A DNA stretch of 35,160 nucleotides from Treponema sp. (GTDB lineage: Bacteria; Spirochaetota; Spirochaetia; Treponematales; Breznakiellaceae): contig JAISAN010000101.1 in assembly GCA_031266635.1 (NCBI GenBank), forward strand, positions 1 through 35,160, written 5' to 3'. The translations under genes and the position numbers were made by a program. Under the pieces are notes generated by a model that saw only the letters and a list, made by a program, of their open reading frames with translations, was not told where the DNA came from and searched no databases. Shown here one piece after another: positions 1-8,499 of this stretch; the stretch's first letter is position 1, and the number at the start of each line of letters is the position of its first letter.

Positions 1-396
1 AAGATCACCAAATCCACTGAGAGCGTGCTCAACAAGTTTGAAGCCATAGACCGGGGGGTCAAGACCGTATCGGAGCAGGAAGAGCATATCCGTAACGCTA
101 TGGAGGAGCAGGGCGAAGGGAGCCAGCAGATACTGGAAGCCATCAGCCAGTTGAATGATACTACCCAAATGGTCAAGGACGGTTCCGCGAGGATGCGCGA
201 GGGAAGCGGCCAGGTGATTCATGAAGGGCAAAATCTGGAATCGATAACCCAGGAGATCGCCAGCGGGATGAACGAGATGGCCGCCGGGGCGGACCAGATC
301 AACACGGCGGTGAACCAGGTGAACGGGATCAGCGGGCAGAACAAAGAAAACATCGATGTTCTGGTCGCGGAGGTGTCAAAGTTCAAAGTGGAATGA
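1..396 (+). CDS. Methyl-accepting chemotaxis protein, C-terminal signalling domain (5-prime partial, runs off window edge)
   Basis: Frame 1 is open from base 1 to the stop at 394-396. Peptide EEQGEGSQQILEAISQLNDTTQ...GMNEMAAGADQINTAV is typical of the MCP cytoplasmic signalling hairpin. Confidence 0.85.
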   Translation, partial: KITKSTESVLNKFEAIDRGVKTVSEQEEHIRNAMEEQGEGSQQILEAISQLNDTTQMVKDGSARMREGSGQVIHEGQNLESITQEIASGMNEMAAGADQINTAVNQVNGISGQNKENIDVLVAEVSKFKVE

Positions 397-482
397 TGAT
401 GGTATTTGTTACATTAAGATTAAGACATCGGTAAAGTTCAAGGCTCCGGTGTAGAGGAATGGTTTCTGAGAAATTAATTTTA

Positions 483-590
483 GCCTCCGGGCCGCCTTTT
501 TGGCTAAACCGCCATCCTTGGCGGTTTACCTTCACAAGCCTTCCGGCTTGCAAAGGCCGCCAAAAAGGTTCGAGTCCCGCTTGGGACGGG
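483..590 (+). repeat. RepA copy 1: 108-bp structured repeat (about 93 percent identical to 24476-24583, same orientation)
   Basis: Hand alignment to 24476-24583 gives 7 mismatches and no gaps. Predicted 10-bp closing stem 495-504/559-568, hairpins 506-527 and 535-550, then GGTTCGAGTCCCGC (T-loop-like) and hairpin 574-587. Confidence 0.8.
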
Positions 591-767
591 GTGGATATTG
601 ATACGGTAACGGAGATATTCATTCGGATAAACTCGCAGGGCGCCCCTTTAAGCCAGGCCGATTTTGTTATGTCCAAGATATCCGCTAATGAATCCTATGG
701 CGGTAATATTCTGCGAAAAACGATAGATTATTTTTGCCACCTGGCGGCGGTTCCTTCTGGTATATAG
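591..767 (+). pseudogene. Remnant of a DUF262 / GmrSD-type (type IV restriction-like) gene, C-terminal fragment only
   Basis: In-frame peptide [30 protein letters not shown]...[10 protein letters not shown] resembles the F-x-R-[IL]-N-x-x-G-x-x-L region of DUF262 domains. It has no N-terminus or start of its own. The upstream part of ORF 459..767 is just a translation of RepA. Confidence 0.45.
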
Positions 768-853
768 ATTTAGGGTAATTTCGTTATACTATCTGAAAGA
801 TCGAAATACAAGTTATTTTTTTCTTCAGTTAAACCGGACAGCAGCGGTTTCCG

Positions 854-2005
854 TTACCAAATCAAAAAATCTTTTCCCAAAAGACGTAAGACCGCTTCAA
901 CAAAAAAATAATCACCGTAAATGATGGGGACTTCCGTATCCTCAGGCCCACCGTGGTACGAACCGGTTCCTCTGCCGATTATTCCGTCTGTTTGTATGTC
1001 CCAATCGGCAAAGGCTTTTTCACCAGCCTTCAGCAGGTTTCCCGCCGATTCATGATAAAACATCTTTTCGGATTCATCAACGCAGGACGCTATTTCCAAA
1101 AGGCCGCAGGCGCTTATCATAGCAGCGGTGGAATCGTATTTGACCGGCTCCGGCGGCGCGCGGAAATCAACCACGGAAATCCAGTTATTCCGCGCGCAAT
1201 TCGCCGTCACATAGTGGGCGATTCTCTTCGCCGCGTCAAGGTACTTTTGTTGCCGGGTATAACGGAAACTCAGGGCAAAACCGTAGACCGCCCAACTTTG
1301 GCCGCGGCTCCAGGAGGAACCGGGAGCGCAGCCCTGACCACCGGGCGTTTCAAGGCATTCACCGGTCTCCGGGGAAAGGACAGCTATGTGGTTGCAGCTT
1401 CCATCGGGCCTGACCAGCGCGCCAAGGGCGGTATCGGCGTGGTTTTGAGCGATGTATGAAAAACGAGGGTCATTTATCTCGGCAGAAGCCCAATACAGTA
1501 GGGGGATGTTCATCAGACAATCAATTATGATCCAGCCGGTTCGATCGCCGTTCCAGGCGCGGATAAATTTGCCCGCCGGATTGTAGCGTCCGGCCAGTAG
1601 GTTTGCCGCATGTAAGCCGCGCCGCCGGGAATCCAAACTGCCGGTCAACCGGTAGTTTGCCACCGCGGAGTGGAGCCACATAAAGCCTACATCATGGTGC
1701 AAACCTTCCCAGCTTTCCAGGGCTTTATCCAGCCGTTTTTCTATCGTTTCGGCAGTCTTCCGGTATGTTTCGTCTTTTGTGGCATGGTACATCTGCCAGA
1801 GTATCCCCGGCCAGAAACCATTGGTCCACCAGTAGATGCCTTCAGAGGTATCCAAATCATGGTAATGGCCGTCCCGGGGAATGTACGGGATTATATCCCC
1901 CAACCGAGAACATTCCGCCTTCAATTTGGCGTTGAGTTTCTCAAAGATGCTTTCCGCCCATTTTCGGTCTCCGGCAGCCAATCGGTAATTCATACGCTTC
2001 TCCAA
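854..2005 (-). CDS. Glycoside hydrolase family 88 (unsaturated glucuronyl hydrolase-like), no signal peptide
   Basis: 383-aa ORF with WWTNGFWPGILW, HHDVGFMW and IIDCLMNIPLLYWAS motifs characteristic of GH88 (alpha/alpha)6 enzymes that act on lyase-generated unsaturated uronates. Confidence 0.85.
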   Translation of the reverse strand: MEKRMNYRLAAGDRKWAESIFEKLNAKLKAECSRLGDIIPYIPRDGHYHDLDTSEGIYWWTNGFWPGILWQMYHATKDETYRKTAETIEKRLDKALESWEGLHHDVGFMWLHSAVANYRLTGSLDSRRRGLHAANLLAGRYNPAGKFIRAWNGDRTGWIIIDCLMNIPLLYWASAEINDPRFSYIAQNHADTALGALVRPDGSCNHIAVLSPETGECLETPGGQGCAPGSSWSRGQSWAVYGFALSFRYTRQQKYLDAAKRIAHYVTANCARNNWISVVDFRAPPEPVKYDSTAAMISACGLLEIASCVDESEKMFYHESAGNLLKAGEKAFADWDIQTDGIIGRGTGSYHGGPEDTEVPIIYGDYFFVEAVLRLLGKDFLIW

Positions 2006-2081
2006 ATCAACAACCGCGCGGCAGAACCACGCGGTATGTTGTTCTCATAAGGTATTAAACCCTCGCCACGAATCAAACCAG

Positions 2082-2993
2082 TTATATCCCTTCAAAACAG
2101 TCTCTCCAGAGAATCTCCATATAATCGCCGTTTATATGAATTGGCAATATGCTGTACCCCGATTGGCGCAGATTTTTTGGGTCCCAGTGATCCAGAAGCA
2201 GATAAGGCTGTCCTCCGGCACAAAAAATGCAGGCACTCTGGGCGCCGAAGGTTTGACGGTAACCAGGCCCCGAACAGGGGTTGTCGATCAGTTTCCACCG
2301 GGCGCCACACAATAATTGCGTGTTAACGGCGTACAGCATACTGTTTGGCTTCCAGCCGGTACATCCGGAACTGACCAGGTAGTATAGGTCGTTATGATGA
2401 AGAAGCGCCGGGGCCTCCCGTTCCTGATCAACCAGGACCTTGGTGAAAAGCCCGGTGAAGCCGGTAAAATCATCGTTCAGCTGGGAGATATACAATGTTT
2501 TGTTCCAGTCGCCGCTATGCACCAGATACGCTCTGCCGTCCGTATCCTGAAACACCGTCATGTCCCGGCAATCGGTACGGTTCGCGTGATGGACGGCAAG
2601 GAATTCAAAAGGACCAGTGGGTGAACCGGAAACAGCTACGCCCGCTCTGGCGAATGTGTAATCTTCGTTGTCCAAATGTATCCAGAGCGCGAAGTTTTTG
2701 TTTTTGGGGTTGTATATCACTTTGGGGCGCTCACAAACCCTGGATGTATGGATGGGACTTCCGGAATCGGTTTTATTTGCTTCCAATACATTGCCTTCGA
2801 ACTGCCAATCCCGCAGATTGGGCGAGGAATAGCAGGATATTCCCACAAAAGGAACCTGATTTTTACCGGGCAAATTATCAACGCCCTTATTTTCACCGTA
2901 CCAATACCAGGTTTTCCCATACTTGATAACGCAGCCGCCGTGGGCCTGTATGGAAGCCCCTGAATTATCCGTCCACAGTTCACCATTTTTCAT
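2082..2993 (-). CDS. Glycoside hydrolase family 43 (subfamily 24-like exo-beta-1,3-galactanase type), no signal peptide
   Basis: 303-aa ORF. IQAHGGCVIKYGKTWYWYGE, ERPKVIYNP and RDMTVFQDTDGRAYL match the five-bladed propeller GH43 pattern as I recall it for exo-beta-1,3-galactanases. Confidence 0.8.
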   Translation of the reverse strand: MKNGELWTDNSGASIQAHGGCVIKYGKTWYWYGENKGVDNLPGKNQVPFVGISCYSSPNLRDWQFEGNVLEANKTDSGSPIHTSRVCERPKVIYNPKNKNFALWIHLDNEDYTFARAGVAVSGSPTGPFEFLAVHHANRTDCRDMTVFQDTDGRAYLVHSGDWNKTLYISQLNDDFTGFTGLFTKVLVDQEREAPALLHHNDLYYLVSSGCTGWKPNSMLYAVNTQLLCGARWKLIDNPCSGPGYRQTFGAQSACIFCAGGQPYLLLDHWDPKNLRQSGYSILPIHINGDYMEILWRDCFEGI

Positions 2994-3034
2994 ACAAACT
3001 CCTTATTAAGGGTAACAATTCTTCGGCATGAATG

Positions 3035-3060
3035 AAAACCCCCGCCTTTCCGGGCGGAGG
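3035..3060 (-). terminator. Rho-independent terminator after the beta-helix hydrolase gene
   Basis: On the minus strand: CCTCCGCC-CGGAAA-GGCGGGGG (8-bp GC stem with one G-U) followed by TTTTCATTCAT. It starts 4 nt after the stop codon at 3064-3066. Confidence 0.6.
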
Positions 3061-3063
3061 TCT

Positions 3064-4545
3064 TCATTTCAAAACAATATGTTCCGCAAATTGCCCAATG
3101 TGGATGTTCCCTTCTTCGAAGCTTGTTATCCGATTCCCGTTGATAACGATATTTTTAAAGGTAATGTCGTTAACAACACGGGATTTGTCATATCCTTCAA
3201 TAACGGAAGGATTTTCAGGCCAGCCTTCGTAATTATACGAAATATCGCGAAAGGTAACATTCTCTATCCCCCGACCGGGACCGGTACAGTATTTTTCGTT
3301 GAACAAAATACGGAGATTAAAAAGCTGGCCTTCGGTGATATTTTCCACCCTGATTTTTTCAAAAACAACATTTCTCACCAGATTATGATCGCTCACGCTA
3401 AAGGCCATACACCCCTGATAATCCCGATCATCCTCATCATGTTCCAGAATATCAATGTTTGAAAAATGCAGGTTTTCTATCACGTTTCCGTCAAAACCAG
3501 TATCCCCGTGGAGGCCGATATTGATAGGATGCGCAATATCCGCCCAGAGGATGGCGTTTTTAACACGGTAATTTTTTGCATCGCCATAAAATTCCCAGCG
3601 GTGGGTATAAACGGCTATGCAGTCGTCCGAATTTCGCATAAAAATATCTTCGATAACAACATCGGAACAACTCATCAGATCAATACCATCGCTCCAACCC
3701 TTAGAGCTAAAGGACTTGAAGTTGCGGATTGTAAGGCCCGTTGTTTGTCCTCCCAATACAGTATAGTGATTGGGGTTGATAACGGTGATACCATTAATCT
3801 CGATATTCTGGCTGAACCGCAGATCAAACCCCTGTTCCGGGGCGTCAAGAATACCCCGGCCAATAAAACGCACATCCTCAACCGTATCGCAGAGGAATTT
3901 ACCGCGCAGCACGGCGCCGGGGGCCAGATATACGGTTTTACCGGAAGGAATAACAAATACCTTTTTTTCGTTTTCCGGCACATGTATTCCCGGCCCAAAA
4001 TAAATCACAGCGGGATCATGGGGATCGGGTTTTTCAGTTTCCAGGGGATTGGCGAAAACGTGCAGGTTATGCACGCGGTCACCGTTTACTTCCACCGAAA
4101 GTTTTACGGGCTCCGTCAGGGTAAAGGTAACATAATTGCCCTGTATTGTGGGCTGTATGCCTTTGGAAAGCGGGCGAATTTTTACATCATCCAGTATCCC
4201 GTTATTCATCTTGACCCGCATTTCCACCATACCTGAAAAATCAAACTGTACCATAGACGCCGGCTGTGGATTGTTCATGTCCACGATTACCTTATATTCG
4301 TAGAGGTCTTGCCATTCTCCGCCGGGCAGGCGCAGGCTCACCGTAAAATCGCTGTTGTGGTGGGTGTAAAAAATTTCCCGGGGAACCGGATGCAGGGTTA
4401 AGATATTTTTTTTTGCCATTATGGGATTCTCCGTTTTATCAATTTGTATGAATTCCTTTCCAGAAGATGAATTTCCGCAGCCGGTATAAACGAAAACCCC
4501 GGTTAAAATGAACGCCCCTAGGATGGCGGGCATGGGCCGCTTCAT
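3064..4545 (-). CDS. Right-handed beta-helix glycoside hydrolase (GH28/GH49-like) lipoprotein
   Basis: 493-aa ORF. Lipobox VYTG-C after a hydrophobic signal. DGIDLMSCSDVVIEDIFMRNSDDCIAVY resembles the GH28 NTDGID...GDDCIA catalytic region. The start shares one nucleotide with the GH31 stop (TAATG). Confidence 0.7.
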   Translation of the reverse strand: MKRPMPAILGAFILTGVFVYTGCGNSSSGKEFIQIDKTENPIMAKKNILTLHPVPREIFYTHHNSDFTVSLRLPGGEWQDLYEYKVIVDMNNPQPASMVQFDFSGMVEMRVKMNNGILDDVKIRPLSKGIQPTIQGNYVTFTLTEPVKLSVEVNGDRVHNLHVFANPLETEKPDPHDPAVIYFGPGIHVPENEKKVFVIPSGKTVYLAPGAVLRGKFLCDTVEDVRFIGRGILDAPEQGFDLRFSQNIEINGITVINPNHYTVLGGQTTGLTIRNFKSFSSKGWSDGIDLMSCSDVVIEDIFMRNSDDCIAVYTHRWEFYGDAKNYRVKNAILWADIAHPINIGLHGDTGFDGNVIENLHFSNIDILEHDEDDRDYQGCMAFSVSDHNLVRNVVFEKIRVENITEGQLFNLRILFNEKYCTGPGRGIENVTFRDISYNYEGWPENPSVIEGYDKSRVVNDITFKNIVINGNRITSFEEGNIHIGQFAEHIVLK

Positions 4546-6626
4546 TATGACAATACTCCACAGTCAATACCGTTCCATTCACGGACAACATAACGGGGCG
4601 GTTCCGTTCCTGTCCGCACGGCGGAAACGGAACCGTTACCGTCCTGGGTAAGAACCAGCGTGTTGTATTTTCCCTCTTCATGGGCGAGGCTCAGACCGTC
4701 ATCCTCGTACAGGGTAAAACGTTTTTCCCCGCCTCCAAAACAAAATACAGTTAAATCAAATACCGTATCTTCTTTAACACATAAGACCGGTTCCGCCAGG
4801 GGAAAAATAACGCCGGATTTGATAAAAACAGGTAAAATTTCAAGATCGGTTTTACAGACGATAGTTTTACCGCCTGAAAGCCGTTCGTGGGTCCAAAAGT
4901 CGTACCATTCACCGGCCGGAAGAAATACCTCCCGCGATGTTTGTCCCCTGAATACCGGCGCGACCAGCAGACTGTCGCCAAACATATACTGATCATCAAT
5001 GGTATGCGTAAGCCCATCGTTTTCATAATCAAGCGCGAGGGCGCGTACCGGCGGCCGGCCTTCCAGGTGGTAACGCCAGAACGCGGCGTAAAAATACGGG
5101 ATTAACTTCATCCTGAGTTCAAGAAACTTTTTAACAATCGCGGTGACGGCATCACTGCCGTTCATCTTTTCACCCGCGAGATTTTTCGCCAAATCGGTTT
5201 GAAACCAGGGCGGATTGGGTATTCTCCAGCAATTCAACAGCGACTGGGATGAAAATACAACGCTCTGGAGGCGGCGGATTAAATCTTCCGCGTCTTCGCA
5301 GGAACGGACCTCCGGCGACCAAAGGAGGCCGGAAAAGCCTGAATTGACCAGGGCACGGATAAATTGCCGGTGGTCGTACAGATCGCTGTAAAGCACAAAG
5401 GGGCTTTTTGCCGCCAGCGCCCAGGAGGAACGAACCTGTCCCATAGTACGTATGCCCCGATCCCTGAAAGCCTGTTCTATGGTTTTTTGGTACAGCAAAC
5501 CCAGTGCGCTGTGCATCTGCTCGCCATCCAGCCCTGAGGGAAAGGACGAAAGTTCCGGAAACGACCAGCTGGAAGGGTTAAAGTCGGAATTATCACATTC
5601 ATCAATCTTAAAGCCCGAGATGCCGTTATCAACAAAATGGTCCCGATGATAGCCGCCGAATAGCTCCCGCGTTTTTTTATCCGCCAGGTCAGGAACCAGC
5701 CCGCCCCATACTTCGTAATCGCCGGAACGGTTCTCCAGTTTTGCGTACAATTCGGCATGGGGATGTATAAATACATGCTCCCATAAATTGACATGATAAT
5801 TTTGCCGCCGAAGCTGGTGCAATAAATCGTCCGGCTCGGGGAACAGGAAAGCGTTCCACTGATAGGTACAGGAGTAGCTATGGGACTGCCAGCCCGGTTC
5901 GAGGCCGATAACGTCAAAAGGAATACCCTGGCGGCGAAATGTTTCAGCCAGTTGCAGCGTAAAGTTCTGGTCCGCGCCGCCGTACAAACGGTACCAGTTC
6001 CCCAGCGCCCAAAGGGGTGGAATACAGCCGCCCCCGGAAAAAAGATTGTACCGGCATACCACATCCAACATGGAGGGGCCTTCAAAAAAATAAAGATCCG
6101 CCCCTTCGCAATTCGGTATCTCAATGAGCACACGGCGTTCATTGTGGGCCTGTTTGAGGGCGTATAAAGACTGTTCCGAAAATTCCCGGTGCGCTTTCAT
6201 CGGTTTGGCAAACACTTTTGAAGAACCTTTCGCGCCGTTTGTACCGAGGTAGAAAGTAACATACCGGAACGTATCTACCAATACGCCGTATCCCGCAGTA
6301 GAAACATAAAACGGTATCGGCGCGTGGCTTTCCCCGGTATCAGCGGACGGATCGCTGTTCACTTTCATAAACCGGCGGCGGCCCGCGTGGTTAAGGGAAA
6401 AAAACTGTAGGCCGAATCCGTAAAAATTTTCGTCATTTTTCATGGGCAGTTCCACTACGGAACCGCGCCGCGTAAAACGGACGGTAATGTCTTTATACCC
6501 GAAGGGCAGCGATACCGATCCGGCGTCCTCAAGCCGGGCCGCGCCGCCGCCGAAAAAACGGACAGGGCTTGCATCTTCGGCGGAACCAAAGCAATACCGC
6601 CATACCCCTGAAACAAACTGGTTCAC
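4545..6626 (-). CDS. Glycoside hydrolase family 31 (alpha-glucosidase/alpha-xylosidase-like), no signal peptide
   Basis: 693-aa ORF. GIPFDVIGLEPGW and GFKIDECD (compare YicI KTDFGE nucleophile region), with size and order consistent with GH31. Confidence 0.7.
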   Translation of the reverse strand: MNQFVSGVWRYCFGSAEDASPVRFFGGGAARLEDAGSVSLPFGYKDITVRFTRRGSVVELPMKNDENFYGFGLQFFSLNHAGRRRFMKVNSDPSADTGESHAPIPFYVSTAGYGVLVDTFRYVTFYLGTNGAKGSSKVFAKPMKAHREFSEQSLYALKQAHNERRVLIEIPNCEGADLYFFEGPSMLDVVCRYNLFSGGGCIPPLWALGNWYRLYGGADQNFTLQLAETFRRQGIPFDVIGLEPGWQSHSYSCTYQWNAFLFPEPDDLLHQLRRQNYHVNLWEHVFIHPHAELYAKLENRSGDYEVWGGLVPDLADKKTRELFGGYHRDHFVDNGISGFKIDECDNSDFNPSSWSFPELSSFPSGLDGEQMHSALGLLYQKTIEQAFRDRGIRTMGQVRSSWALAAKSPFVLYSDLYDHRQFIRALVNSGFSGLLWSPEVRSCEDAEDLIRRLQSVVFSSQSLLNCWRIPNPPWFQTDLAKNLAGEKMNGSDAVTAIVKKFLELRMKLIPYFYAAFWRYHLEGRPPVRALALDYENDGLTHTIDDQYMFGDSLLVAPVFRGQTSREVFLPAGEWYDFWTHERLSGGKTIVCKTDLEILPVFIKSGVIFPLAEPVLCVKEDTVFDLTVFCFGGGEKRFTLYEDDGLSLAHEEGKYNTLVLTQDGNGSVSAVRTGTEPPRYVVREWNGIDCGVLS

Positions 6627-6694
6627 CGGCGCTCCTTTCTCATGATGAAATCATACAAGGCATTTTTTTCCTGGAGCAGCGCAAGTTTCATACG

Positions 6695-8296
6695 CTAACG
6701 GCTATCCAGATGTTTCTGTACCTGATCGATAATCGCCTGCCGTATCACGTCAAGTCCGGCGTTTTTTACCTGGGTATAATATTCCTCCAGGGCGGCTTTT
6801 GTTTTCTCAGGCGTCTCGGCCAGCCCCATCATTAAAATAGGACGATAGGTGGACTGTATACCGGCAACCGCGGCGTAAGCGGTACGTAACGCCGCATCCG
6901 CCTCATTGTTGAACGTAAAACCGGCAATGGGACTAGGAATGTAGCTGGCGGGATCATTTTGATACCTGAAAATTTCCTTTATGTCCTCCGGATAATTGGT
7001 ATCGATACGGATATAGTTGGGGTTCCATGTCATCTCATAACCCGGGAACACGTATTTATTTGCCGGGGAAAGATCCTGAAATTCATCATCCCCGACAGCC
7101 AGCCAGTCTTCCCCTTCAATGCCAAATTCAAACAGGTCGTGGTTTTCCCTGCTCCGAAAGATCCAGTCGATAAAGGCCATTGTTTTATCGATCTTTTTCG
7201 ACTGCCGGGGGACGCAGAGGAAATTCCACGCGGTAAGCGGAGTGGTTACAATTTTCTCCCGGTTCCGCATGGTGGGAATATACATATACATTTCTATTGC
7301 TTTTCCTATTTTCTCCATTGTCCGCGCATCGGCAAGGTAGTTTGAAATATTCCCTTCTTTTGCCGCTATTTTCTCCGCGTAAAATTGATTGAGATCGGTT
7401 ATGCTCTGGCGATCCCTCTGTGCGTATGCTACCCATTTGGTTATTTTATAAACAACACGATCGTTACGCGTGTTGCGGTTATATGGCGGCGGAAACATGG
7501 CATAAGCCGAATCCGGGTCTCCCAGGGTGGCCGCGCCGATTACTTTTTTTCCATCTTCGCTCAAGGCCACATCAAACATCATGCCCACGCCGTTACCCGA
7601 TCCGTCAATATTGAAAATATTCCTGGCCCGCTTTTCGATAATGTCATCGTCAAGATAATAAAAGGCCCTGGAGCCTCCAACACCAAAGGGGGCGATCATA
7701 AACAGCGCCCCGCTTTTAATATCAGCCTGGACATGCTGAAAATAGGCCGCCAAATCCTCGTTGGAATCAATGGGGGCCATGCCGTATTTTTCACGCAGGT
7801 CTTTGCGAAGGATAATAACCTGAATATCTTCCGCGGCCTGGGTCAAGGGGATGGCGTAAATACTGCCGTCCCCGTTAGTTACCTGGGCGATATATTCTGG
7901 CGGAAAGGCCTTTTTTAAGCCGGGATAGTTGTCATTATTAAAATAGGATGAAATATCCGCATAGGCCCCCTGGGAAGAAAGCCGGTTAAGGTTCATCCAG
8001 TAGGCGTCAAACACCAAGTCGGCGTTTTCCTGATTGCTCATAATAAGCGGCATCTTTTCCCGGTGATCCGCCCCGGAAGACCAGATAATGTCGAGTTTAA
8101 TATTGAGCGTGTCCTTTGTTTGTTCATAAAACTTCGCCAAAACCTTGTCCATGTTTTGCGGTTCTCCAAACAGGTAAACTTTAAGTGTTGTCTGCCCGGA
8201 AATGTCGTTTGTACAACAGACCATAAACACTATCGCCGTTAATACGGCGGCCGTCAAACAAAACCAAAAAACGCCTTTTTTCAGTCTTTTTTTCAT
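6695..8296 (-). CDS. Large extracellular solute-binding lipoprotein of a CUT1/LplABC-type sugar ABC importer (SBP1)
   Basis: The ORF-track start at 8311 is a TTG. ATG at 8296 (MKKRLKKG...) is preceded by GGAG 7 nt upstream. About 530 aa with a signal/lipobox (FMVC-C) and a DUF3502-like C-terminus. Paralog of 20999..22642. Confidence 0.85.
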   Translation of the reverse strand: MKKRLKKGVFWFCLTAAVLTAIVFMVCCTNDISGQTTLKVYLFGEPQNMDKVLAKFYEQTKDTLNIKLDIIWSSGADHREKMPLIMSNQENADLVFDAYWMNLNRLSSQGAYADISSYFNNDNYPGLKKAFPPEYIAQVTNGDGSIYAIPLTQAAEDIQVIILRKDLREKYGMAPIDSNEDLAAYFQHVQADIKSGALFMIAPFGVGGSRAFYYLDDDIIEKRARNIFNIDGSGNGVGMMFDVALSEDGKKVIGAATLGDPDSAYAMFPPPYNRNTRNDRVVYKITKWVAYAQRDRQSITDLNQFYAEKIAAKEGNISNYLADARTMEKIGKAIEMYMYIPTMRNREKIVTTPLTAWNFLCVPRQSKKIDKTMAFIDWIFRSRENHDLFEFGIEGEDWLAVGDDEFQDLSPANKYVFPGYEMTWNPNYIRIDTNYPEDIKEIFRYQNDPASYIPSPIAGFTFNNEADAALRTAYAAVAGIQSTYRPILMMGLAETPEKTKAALEEYYTQVKNAGLDVIRQAIIDQVQKHLDSR

Positions 8297-8330
8297 TTTT
8301 TCGCTCCACAAAAAGAATTATTTAGAATCT

Positions 8331-8450
8331 GAGGCTGTTCCAAAACTTCAGTTTTTGGAACAGCGACCTTAGATTTACATGGAAAAGGGGGTATTTGACC
8401 ACTTTTCCAAGAGGTTGTTTCAAAACCAACCGGGTTTTGGAACAACCTCA
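8331..8450 (+). repeat. BIME/REP-like composite repeat B1 (three hairpins, 16-bp terminal inverted repeats)
   Basis: Near-identical to 24794-24907. Hairpins 8334-8364 (12 bp) and 8411-8449 (16 bp, loop CAACCGG), plus a central GGAAAAG.../...CTTTTCC hairpin. The ends GAGGCTGTTCCAAAAC and GTTTTGGAACAACCTC are inverted (15/16). Confidence 0.85.
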
Positions 8451-8499
8451 TCTGTCCATAATGTAGACACTTTATGAAATCGGACCAATTTCCCAATCC

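Noticed and set aside
459-767. 102-aa ORF that could be called as an intact small gene
   Set aside because: Its first 44 codons are a translation of the RepA repeat; the same DNA recurs at 24476-24583 in a non-coding context. Only the last 59 codons resemble a real protein (DUF262). It is treated as a pseudogene remnant.
3466-6142. Sizeable ORFs overlapping the hydrolase genes out of frame or on the opposite strand (3466..4236 plus-strand, 5477..6142 minus-strand) and plus-strand ORFs opposite the LamG genes (12739..13341, 14944..15600)
   Set aside because: They overlap well-supported CDSs with clear family motifs, and none has signal, motif or RBS support.
8293-8496. ORFs 8293..8496(-), 24609..24908(-) and 24792..25037(+) share the peptide MRLFQNPVGFETTSWKSGQ, which could suggest a conserved small protein family
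   Set aside because: The shared peptide comes from the hairpin-rich B1/B2 DNA repeats. The sequence is palindromic, reads similarly on both strands and lacks RBS context. One of these ORFs also runs through the tRNA gene.
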